Below, in pieces: positions 56,733-63,738 of a stretch of 64,000 bases of DNA; the first letter of the stretch is position 1, and each line of letters opens with the position of its first letter. The stretch covers positions 32,001 through 96,000 of the IMG/VR virus record IMGVR_UViG_3300042868_004707; one strand, given 5' to 3'. Both the position numbers and the translations under genes were made by a program. The stretch is from a virus. The notes beneath the pieces are model-generated. The model made no database searches. It worked only from the letters and a program-made list of their open reading frames with translations, and had not been told where the DNA came from.

Positions 56733-58133
56733 ATGGCAAAAAAATTATGGGATGATGATGACGACTATTATGGTAGTTATTATGCTCCAACTTACACTCC
56801 TAAAAAGAGTAAAGGTGGTTGGAAGAGTAAGTATGGAGGTGGTGGTTGGTCTAAATCAGGCTGGTCATCATTCTCGTATACATGGGACTATGGTGGTGAT
56901 AACAACGATGATCTATTTGTTAAAGATCCAATCAACTATCTAACACCAACAGCTGCAGAGATCAGAAAGAAAGTGCATGCACCAAAGCAAACATCTATTG
57001 ATACAATCAAAGAACTAGCACGTATATGCTATTTCAAGATGATTGATGATAGAGAATACATTGCTGAGAAGTATGCTGACTATGATTCTTTATCTGAATC
57101 TGAACAAGGTGAATACCAACAGAAGAAAGCTTTGTACGATAGTATATTTGAGCAATTCATTCCTGGATTCTCACCATTAGAACAAGCTATATCTATTTAT
57201 TTGAAACTGAAAGGTCAATCAACTAGAGAAGAAAGAGATGAAGATGATCAGGAAGACAAAGAGATAGACATGACCAAAAGACTTGACTTTGATAGAGAAT
57301 TGTATTTTGATCCAACAATCAATGAACAGCTAGAACTAAATGAGCTTAGTAAAGAGAGAAAGATGGAGATTATGAATCACCTATCTCTTGTAGGTCAGTT
57401 TGGTAGTGAGTTCAAGGTTGAGAAAGAAATATCTGAGAAGATTGTAGCCAATTCTGATCAGTATTCTACTATGATTATGAGAGACTACTCTCAGATTCAT
57501 ATGATGAACCTAATGCAGAAGGTGTATCCAAACTTTAGAAGTAAGTTCTTAACTAAAGACTTAACTGTTAGTGTGCCTGTAGATAGAAAAGAGCAGATTC
57601 AGAAGATCATTATTCTTCTAGATTACTCAGGAAGTATGCATGAAGATGAGAAACAGATATGGGTAAATGCTATATTAATCGACAGATTCAGATATGTAAT
57701 GAAAGGAGAAGCAGAAGTGTTCTTCAGTTATTTTGTTGATGATTGTGATGATCTTCAGTTCCAACATATCAAGGATAGAGATGATGTTATACGCTTTTGG
57801 CAAACATTCTCTAATCATCCTAATGGTGGTGGTACAGATATTGGTGGCATAGTAGAATATGTTGCTGATCAAGTGATGAACAAACATAAGTTACATAACT
57901 TACATGTAGATCTATCAGAAGAGAAACCAGAAATCTTAATCATCAATGATGGTCAAGACTCTGTTGGTTCAGATGCATTTCCATACAAAGTGAATGCTGT
58001 ATCATTAATGGAATTTAGTGAAGAGCTAAAAGACTTGTGTCTTGCTACAGAAGGTAAACAGATTCAGGTTACGTATGATCTTGAAACATTTGCTTATTCT
58101 AAAGAAGGAGGAAAGCAACAGTTAAGAGAATAA
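56733..58133 (+). CDS. vWA (MIDAS) domain protein, partner of the AAA
   Basis: LLDYSGSM, GGGTD, LIINDGQD. Confidence 0.85.
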   Translation: MAKKLWDDDDDYYGSYYAPTYTPKKSKGGWKSKYGGGGWSKSGWSSFSYTWDYGGDNNDDLFVKDPINYLTPTAAEIRKKVHAPKQTSIDTIKELARICYFKMIDDREYIAEKYADYDSLSESEQGEYQQKKALYDSIFEQFIPGFSPLEQAISIYLKLKGQSTREERDEDDQEDKEIDMTKRLDFDRELYFDPTINEQLELNELSKERKMEIMNHLSLVGQFGSEFKVEKEISEKIVANSDQYSTMIMRDYSQIHMMNLMQKVYPNFRSKFLTKDLTVSVPVDRKEQIQKIIILLDYSGSMHEDEKQIWVNAILIDRFRYVMKGEAEVFFSYFVDDCDDLQFQHIKDRDDVIRFWQTFSNHPNGGGTDIGGIVEYVADQVMNKHKLHNLHVDLSEEKPEILIINDGQDSVGSDAFPYKVNAVSLMEFSEELKDLCLATEGKQIQVTYDLETFAYSKEGGKQQLRE

Positions 58134-58134
58134 T

Positions 58135-58165
58135 TTGTTTTATTAATCCCTGTGATGTATATTTG
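58135..58165 (+). promoter_or_regulatory. Canonical Bacteroidota promoter for the ncRNA/tmRNA cluster
   Basis: TTG-N20-TATATTTG, overlapping hairpin ATCCCTG...CAGGGAT (58146-58172). Confidence 0.7.
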
Positions 58166-58222
58166 CAGGGATAAATAGCTAAGCTGTGTAAAGCGTCAGA
58201 ACTGATAATCTGTTAGAAGCTA

Positions 58223-58329
58223 AGTCAGGTGGCGGAATTGGTATCGCACTCCACTTAACTGGAAAGTATTGTTTCGACACAATTAATCAGGTGAAAGGCA
58301 CCATACAGGTTCAAATCCTGTCCTGACTA
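58223..58329 (+). ncRNA. Second tRNA-Leu-like RNA with non-canonical central domain
   Basis: Acceptor AGTCAGG/CCTGACT, D arm GCG-GAATTGGTAT-CGC, T arm ACAGG-TTCAAAT-CCTGT, A73; about 56-nt central insert. Confidence 0.75.
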
Positions 58330-58333
58330 CGAG

Positions 58334-58477
58334 AGTTAGACATGATTCTTTGGTAGTTCTTAGATAATGTACTATACGTGAGGTGGTTTTGTAACTTTCC
58401 ACCAGTCCTGTCCAAAAATAAAAGTGCTGCAGGTTTAATAAAGGAGTGAAGGAAAGTCTAACTAACGAGTACTTCAC
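58334..58477 (+). ncRNA. Candidate multi-stem/pseudoknot RNA
   Basis: AGTTAGAC/GTCTAACT, GGTGG/CCACC, CCTG/CAGG, GTGAAG/CTTCAC pairings. Confidence 0.4.
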
Positions 58478-59063
58478 AACCTACTGTAAAAATAATGGGG
58501 CTAACAGGTTTTGACAGGTTACCAGTAATTAATACAATCAGCCAGAGAGATAACTGTAAACTAAGATGAATATAATTAAATGGCAAAAACACAAACAGTG
58601 TAGTATCTCAAGGAGACAACGCACAAATCGTAGCTAACATGACTGTAGTACATAACATCTTAAATGGTGGTATTAAAGTTAAATCAAATGACATTATTGA
58701 ATTTGAATTAGCAGCCTAAATTAAAGATTTCTCTGTTAGATTAAACAGAGTGGTGGTTTCTCGATTGTTTATCAGTCGATCCTAGTTGTATGATACTCCA
58801 ACTTTAAAACCGTATCAAAAAAGCTGTATAAATTGTATTTTTGAAAATAATTTTGGACGAGGGTTTGGAAATTGGACCCATTACATAGGAATATGTAATT
58901 AAAAATTGCTTGAATTGCTGGAACGCTAAGTTACACCTGCGAGGGTAATATGCCAATCAGCAGCCAAGCTCACTGGAAGAAGTGAGAAGGTTCAGAGACT
59001 AGGGACACTACGGTGAGCCCACAGTAAGCAACATCTAGAACAGATGATGATATAGTCCGATCC

Positions 59064-59483
59064 CTACAGAAATGTAGGAAGAAAGAATAGTCTCTCGTAG
59101 GCTAACTTTCTTGTAACTTGTTTGTCTGTGTATTTACCATTACGAATGGTAACTGCATCATGGTATTTTAAGACTGTATTTATACGATGTAACTTTTTAG
59201 GATGATGAGAATCCAGAAGTCTACAAAGTTTCAAACATTCTTGATTACTATTACAAGATAAAGAATAACCAATATTATGGTTTTTTTTTCTAGAAGGTTT
59301 TTTTGACATATAAGTTTTAATACTATGTTCATCTAACAAATATTTTTGAATCTCTTCAAGAATTGTTATATAACAGTTAGTAAAATCTATTTTGATGCAT
59401 TTATAAGTATCATTTTTAGAACTTTTACTCATAGTAATTGAACCATCAGCATCAAAAAAGCCTGAAATGTATTGTAGTGTCAT
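59064..59483 (-). CDS. Single-motif LAGLIDADG homing endonuclease, antisense inside the intron
   Basis: YISGFFDADGSI, IDFTN...ILEEIQ; 139 aa. Confidence 0.88.
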   Translation of the reverse strand: MTLQYISGFFDADGSITMSKSSKNDTYKCIKIDFTNCYITILEEIQKYLLDEHSIKTYMSKKPSRKKNHNIGYSLSCNSNQECLKLCRLLDSHHPKKLHRINTVLKYHDAVTIRNGKYTDKQVTRKLAYERLFFLPTFL

Positions 59484-59506
59484 AGTGATTATGTTTTAGA
59501 TATGGT

Positions 59507-59538
59507 GTAAATCTACAACATGTCCTAGACATATGCAA
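59507..59538 (-). promoter_or_regulatory. Intron-internal antisense promoter for the LAGLIDADG gene
   Basis: TTG-N20-TAGATTTAC, 24 nt upstream of the ATG. Confidence 0.6.
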
Positions 59539-59618
59539 GTAAAGTGACAACAAGTTATTAACAAAATGCAACTCCCTCTAGCTCCACTAGTCTCGCATTG
59601 TAAGACTATTTACCATTT

Positions 59619-59653
59619 TCCCTACACATGTCTCAAGTGTGTAGGGATTTTTT
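59619..59653 (+). terminator. Rho-independent terminator after tmRNA
   Basis: TCCCTACACAT-loop-GTGTGTAGGGA-TTTTTT. Confidence 0.8.
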
Positions 59654-59683
59654 AATTTGTATTAATCCTTAATAATAAATAAA

Positions 59684-59833
59684 ATGAACAAAACGATCGA
59701 ACTACAACCAGTGGATTTTTACCACTTTAGACAATTAGCATTTGCAGTTAAACTTGCATTTGTATGTACAATAGCACAAGGTGTGTATATTGTAGAGGCC
59801 AGTATAGACCAACTTGAACAGTTGGGTTATTAA
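59684..59833 (+). CDS. 49-aa hypothetical protein
   Basis: Hand-translated MNKTIELQPVDFYHFRQLAF...LEQLGY; after TCCTTAATAA. Confidence 0.65.
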   Translation: MNKTIELQPVDFYHFRQLAFAVKLAFVCTIAQGVYIVEASIDQLEQLGY

Positions 59834-59896
59834 GGAGGGGAATAATTGGGCTCTGTAGTGGAGCCCTTATTCTTTAAATCAATAAAATTAGAAATT

Positions 59897-60142
59897 ATGA
59901 GAGAAATATTTTTAACAGCAATGTGCATACTCTTTCTAGTGTGTTATTTTAAAGTGGGAATTGAAGTAGGTAAAATTAAACCTCTATACATACTATATGT
60001 AGCAGCAATGGTTTTTATGTTTGGTGTATTAGTGGTTACTAACTTGACATTAATAGACCAAAATAATGCTCTTGAAAAAAGAGCTAAAGGTAAGTGTCCT
60101 GAGTATGAGCAAATCAATAACGTTTATATAATAAAGAAATAA
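59897..60142 (+). CDS. Two-TM membrane protein
   Basis: Start MREIF; two hydrophobic helices. Confidence 0.65.
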   Translation: MREIFLTAMCILFLVCYFKVGIEVGKIKPLYILYVAAMVFMFGVLVVTNLTLIDQNNALEKRAKGKCPEYEQINNVYIIKK

Positions 60143-60267
60143 TGAATAAATTTGAATGTAGTGAGTGTGGTACAAAATACAGCTCACCAGAAACAACACC
60201 ACCTCCAGGAATCAAATGGAGTGATGGTCATGTATGTACACCTAAACCTGTAAACAATGGAAAATAA
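60142..60267 (+). CDS. 41-aa Zn-finger-like protein
   Basis: MNKFECSECG...GHVC, TAATG coupling. Confidence 0.6.
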   Translation: MNKFECSECGTKYSSPETTPPPGIKWSDGHVCTPKPVNNGK

Positions 60268-60490
60268 TATACCAACAGCAAGACAATTTTATGATAATCA
60301 TATTTCAGATGATTGTGTAGTTATGATGATTGAATTTGCAAAAATGCATGTACAAGAAGCTTTAAAAGAAGCAAGTGAAAAAGCTAAAATTAAATATGAA
60401 TACTCTGGTAATACAGGTTCTGAATATTGTGACGAATATGTTGACCACAATTCAATCTTAAATGCTTATCCATTAACTAATATAAAGTAA
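60257..60490 (+). CDS. Hypothetical protein, 77 aa
   Basis: MIEFAKMHVQEAL...SILNAYPLTNIK. Confidence 0.7.
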   Translation: MENNIPTARQFYDNHISDDCVVMMIEFAKMHVQEALKEASEKAKIKYEYSGNTGSEYCDEYVDHNSILNAYPLTNIK

Positions 60491-60492
60491 TT

Positions 60493-61188
60493 ATGAAAAA
60501 CATACACATATTACCAACACCAAAAGATTTTGAAGTTTGGAAAGATATTATTGGATATGAAGGATTATATCAAGTAAATGAGTATGGCAATGTAAAAAGC
60601 CTGTCAAGAACAATTACAAAAGGTAATATTACTTATGTAACTAAAGATAGGATTTTGAAGCAATCTGTAGATTCTGTAGGTTATCCTTATGTAAATTTAT
60701 CAGACTATAAAAAACAAAAGACATTTAGAGTACATCAATTAGTTGCTGTAGCTTTTCTAAATCATACTCCTGATAAACATAAGGGATTAGTTATAGACCA
60801 CATTGATGGGAATAAACTAAACAATATGACTACTAATCTTCAGTTGATTACTAACAAGAAAAACACAAGTAAAGATAGAAAAAACAAAACTTCTAAATAC
60901 ACAGGTGTATCTTTGCATAAACAAAGTAATAAATGGTTAGCTCAATTTAAAGAGAATGGTAGAGTTAAATACTTAGGTATTTTTAAAACTGAAGAAGAAG
61001 CAAGAGATGCTTATAATACTTCACAAGAACAAGACAAGAATAAGTATAGTGAGGAAGAAGTTTATGATATTGTACAAAAAGCAATAGAAGAAAATAGCAG
61101 TAAACAACTTCACTTCTTTGATGGAGGATATTCGAATCCTGTTTATAGTAATTTAAAAATATGGTTTGAAAAATTTAAAAAGAAATAA
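60493..61188 (+). CDS. NUMOD4-HNH-AP2 endonuclease, chimeric termini
   Basis: EVWKDIIGYEGLYQV, VHQLVA, IDHIDGNKLNN...NL, SKYTGVS...YLG.F.TEEEA. Confidence 0.88.
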   Translation: MKNIHILPTPKDFEVWKDIIGYEGLYQVNEYGNVKSLSRTITKGNITYVTKDRILKQSVDSVGYPYVNLSDYKKQKTFRVHQLVAVAFLNHTPDKHKGLVIDHIDGNKLNNMTTNLQLITNKKNTSKDRKNKTSKYTGVSLHKQSNKWLAQFKENGRVKYLGIFKTEEEARDAYNTSQEQDKNKYSEEEVYDIVQKAIEENSSKQLHFFDGGYSNPVYSNLKIWFEKFKKK

Positions 61189-61191
61189 AAC

Positions 61192-61569
61192 ATGAAAAAA
61201 TTATTATTATTAGCAATGTTGTTGTTTGGAACAATGACATTTGCACAAGAGACATTTGTTAGAAAATATACATCTATGATGGTTACAAGAAATGATGTAG
61301 AAGAAGCAGTGAAAGCTGCTGATTTAACTGTTGTGTTCAATCCCAATGGAAATAGAGGTATTAAATTATACTATGGATCAGGAGAAACTTCTGAATACTT
61401 ACAAGTGTCTGATTTAACTGAAGGAACCACAACAGGTGGATATAAATATCAGTTAATTGAACTTCTTGATAAAAAAGATGGATATGAAATTTCATTACAG
61501 CTTTTTGATGATGATGGTGTATTAAGACTATTATTCTCTAAAGGAAACACAATTGAATTTTATCAGTAA
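61192..61569 (+). CDS. Secreted protein with Sec signal peptide, 125 aa
   Basis: MKKLLLLAMLLFGTMTFA/Q. Confidence 0.75.
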   Translation: MKKLLLLAMLLFGTMTFAQETFVRKYTSMMVTRNDVEEAVKAADLTVVFNPNGNRGIKLYYGSGETSEYLQVSDLTEGTTTGGYKYQLIELLDKKDGYEISLQLFDDDGVLRLLFSKGNTIEFYQ

Positions 61570-61577
61570 TAACACAC

Positions 61578-61742
61578 ATGAAAAGATATTTAATATACTA
61601 CTGGACAGAAAGAAACGATGAATCAACAGATCTTGAAATCATTGTGAAAGCTAACAACATGGAAGAAGCAATTAAAGAGTTCAAAAAAGAAGTGAGAGTT
61701 TATAAATCAATAACCACCATAACAGAACTTTGTTATGCGTGA
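61578..61742 (+). CDS. 54-aa hypothetical protein
   Basis: Hand-translated MKRYLIYYW...VKANNMEEAI. Confidence 0.6.
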   Translation: MKRYLIYYWTERNDESTDLEIIVKANNMEEAIKEFKKEVRVYKSITTITELCYA

Positions 61743-61763
61743 TGTTACTAAAATCATAAAACA

Positions 61764-61997
61764 ATGAAAATAATTAACGGTAAATGGGTTGATGAAGATA
61801 ATGGCCCTATAAACAATTTTAATGTCTCAAAGCTTGTAGAAATAGGTGAGAAAGTGAAAGCAGTGTATGGAGAAGCTATCACTTATGACAGAATCAATCT
61901 TATTTCTTCTTTAAACAATCTTACATGTAAAGAAGAAAATGGTCTTGCTAACATTTTAGAACAAACTGGTACACTATCTAAACTTGCAGGTTATTAA
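61764..61997 (+). CDS. Hypothetical protein, 77 aa
   Basis: ORF in operon. Confidence 0.65.
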   Translation: MKIINGKWVDEDNGPINNFNVSKLVEIGEKVKAVYGEAITYDRINLISSLNNLTCKEENGLANILEQTGTLSKLAGY

Positions 61998-61999
61998 CT

Positions 62000-62299
62000 A
62001 TGAAAGATGAAGAACTAATAGATAAAGAATTTGAATTCTTTAAATATGAAACTGTCAAGCATCTTACTTGGGAAGATAGTTTTGAAAAGTATATAGGAAT
62101 TAGATGTAAAGTATTAATTGTAAATCCTTCATTTAAACATCTTGTTAGATGTCAAGTTTATCCATGGATAGGTAAAATGTTTATAAAACACTTTCCAAAA
62201 GAATTAGTTATAGAGCAAATTGAGAAAAAAGAAAGAGAGAATATGTCTATTGATGATATTCTCTCTGAAATGAAACAATTAACATCAAGAATAATATGA
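62000..62299 (+). CDS. Hypothetical protein, 99 aa
   Basis: ORF in operon; ends SIDDILSEMKQL. Confidence 0.65.
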   Translation: MKDEELIDKEFEFFKYETVKHLTWEDSFEKYIGIRCKVLIVNPSFKHLVRCQVYPWIGKMFIKHFPKELVIEQIEKKERENMSIDDILSEMKQLTSRII

Positions 62300-62361
62300 G
62301 TATAGAAAAAGAATTTATACCTTACGAACAAGCGTTAGCTTTAAAAGAATTAGATAAATAA
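62296..62361 (+). pseudogene. Truncated 5' remnant of the gene at 62958 (MSIEKEFIPYEQALALKELDK*)
   Basis: Similar to FVPYQIALDMKSI at the start of the downstream gene. Confidence 0.65.
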
Positions 62362-62362
62362 T

Positions 62363-62394
62363 TTGTAAAACTTTTAAAAATTACTTATCTTTAC
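62363..62394 (+). promoter_or_regulatory. Promoter carried with the HNH gene
   Basis: TTG-N20-TATCTTTAC. Confidence 0.6.
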
Positions 62395-62413
62395 AGAAAT
62401 AAAAACATTTATT

Positions 62414-62965
62414 ATGGAAAATTGGAAAGAAATTAAAGGTTATGAAGGAAGATATGAAGTTTCTAACAAAGGAAAAATAAGAAGTTTAAATTACAGAAAC
62501 CAAAAGGGTCTTATTAAAGAAATGACACCTTCTTTATCTAATGTAGGGTATTTGATGTTTCCCTTACCTTTTAATAAAAAACAGAAATCTGTATGTGTAC
62601 ACAGAATTGTTGCAGAAACTTTTTTAGAGTTGCCTATTGATTTTGATGTTGTTAGATATACTGTAAATCATATTGATGGAGATAAGTTAAACAATAATGT
62701 TTGTAACTTAGAATGGATGACTTATTCTGAAAATAACAAACACTCTTATCAAACTCTTGGAAAAACAAGTGGAATGAAAGGAAACAAATTTGAAAAATCA
62801 AAATTATCTAAAAAAGTTACAGCGTATAGTGATGATATGTCTTTTGTTAAAACCTATAATTCTACAACAGAAGCGTTTTCAAAAGATGGATATACTTCTT
62901 CAGGAATATCTCAAGCAGTAAAAAATAAAAATAAATATAAAAAACTAAATTGGAAATATGAATAG
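62414..62965 (+). CDS. NUMOD4-HNH homing endonuclease
   Basis: WKEIKGYEGRYEVSNKG, VHRIVA, VNHIDGDKLNN...NLEW...EN..H. Confidence 0.9.
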   Translation: MENWKEIKGYEGRYEVSNKGKIRSLNYRNQKGLIKEMTPSLSNVGYLMFPLPFNKKQKSVCVHRIVAETFLELPIDFDVVRYTVNHIDGDKLNNNVCNLEWMTYSENNKHSYQTLGKTSGMKGNKFEKSKLSKKVTAYSDDMSFVKTYNSTTEAFSKDGYTSSGISQAVKNKNKYKKLNWKYE

Positions 62966-63296
62966 TATGAAAAGTAATTTTGTACCATATCAAATAGCTC
63001 TTGATATGAAGTCGATTGAATTTGATGAACCTTGTTTTGGTTATTATACTGGAGATAAAATGCATTTAGTAATTAGACCTGCAATGAGCAGAACAAATAT
63101 TCCTGATAGTTATGTAGTTACTGCACCACTTTACCAACAAGCATTTAGATGGTTTAGAGAGAAGCATAAATCAAAATTTATATTATCTGAAGACTATTAT
63201 TGGATAATAGGAATTGGTCAAATAAAAGTAAATTCTTACGAAGAAGCAGAACTTGAATGTTTGAAAAAACTAATAGAAATAGTAAAAGAGAAATAA
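62958..63296 (+). CDS. Hypothetical phage protein, 112 aa
   Basis: FDEPCFGYY, APLYQQAFRWFREKH, YEEAELECLKKLIEIV. Confidence 0.75.
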   Translation: MNSMKSNFVPYQIALDMKSIEFDEPCFGYYTGDKMHLVIRPAMSRTNIPDSYVVTAPLYQQAFRWFREKHKSKFILSEDYYWIIGIGQIKVNSYEEAELECLKKLIEIVKEK

Positions 63297-63715
63297 TGTG
63301 GTATCCAGCTGAAATATCATTATCAAGCTACCTACCTCCTGAATTGGAGATAGGTATGCTTTTTATCAACAGAATATCTGTTGGTGTTATAGAGCCTTAT
63401 ATTGAGTTATTTGAGCTAGAAGAACTGCCAGAAGATGCTGATGCATTTATGGCCAAACATGGTGCTCCTGTAGAAATAGCAATCATTGATGAAGATGATG
63501 ACATACTTGCTTCACATGATGAAATAGGTTGGTGGGATGATGGAGATGATGTAGATGAATACAGAGAAATTACGTTAGATGATATCAATTATATATTAAG
63601 AGAACTTGATGGGTATGTTGATATAGAATATGATGAAGTAGAAGATGATTTTGTAGTAATTGATGACAAAGTGGTATTATCAATTGTACCAGAAGAAGAA
63701 TTTGAAGAAGAATAA
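63296..63715 (+). CDS. Acidic hypothetical protein (start MWYP)
   Basis: TAATG coupling; very acidic. Confidence 0.7.
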   Translation: MWYPAEISLSSYLPPELEIGMLFINRISVGVIEPYIELFELEELPEDADAFMAKHGAPVEIAIIDEDDDILASHDEIGWWDDGDDVDEYREITLDDINYILRELDGYVDIEYDEVEDDFVVIDDKVVLSIVPEEEFEEE

Positions 63716-63738
63716 ATAAATAACTAAATTTTAAAATT

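Larger units (their letters stand above)
58866..59568 (+). mobile_element. Group I intron in tmRNA T-loop, 703 nt
   Basis: P1 GGGTT/GACCC with U:G at the 5' splice site; P AATTGCTGGAA 58913, Q AATCAGCAG 58955, R TCAGAGACTA, S GATATAGTCC 59049-59058; terminal G59568. Confidence 0.93.
58497..59589 (+). ncRNA. ssrA: tmRNA, intron-interrupted (exons 58497-58865 and 59569-59589)
   Basis: 5' GGGGCTA...TTGAC; acceptor GGGGCTA/TAGCTCC with G3:U70 and A73; spliced T arm GAGGG-TTCAACT-CCCTC preceded by GGAC; tag frame 58582-58719 ending ELAA-TAA. Confidence 0.93.

Noticed and set aside
51115-58329. Calling the two tRNA-like RNAs ordinary or intron-containing tRNA-Leu
   Set aside because: No canonical 5-bp/7-nt anticodon arm, and the inserts are far too short for self-splicing introns
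58330-58480. Theta/HDV ribozyme or RNase P RNA (GAAGGAAAGTC resembles the RNase P motif)
   Set aside because: Could not build the HDV nested pseudoknot or find the RNase P 3' partner motif by eye; left unclassified
58580-58603. ATG at 58580 as a protein start
   Set aside because: Closes after 7 codons; the open frame is the tmRNA tag frame
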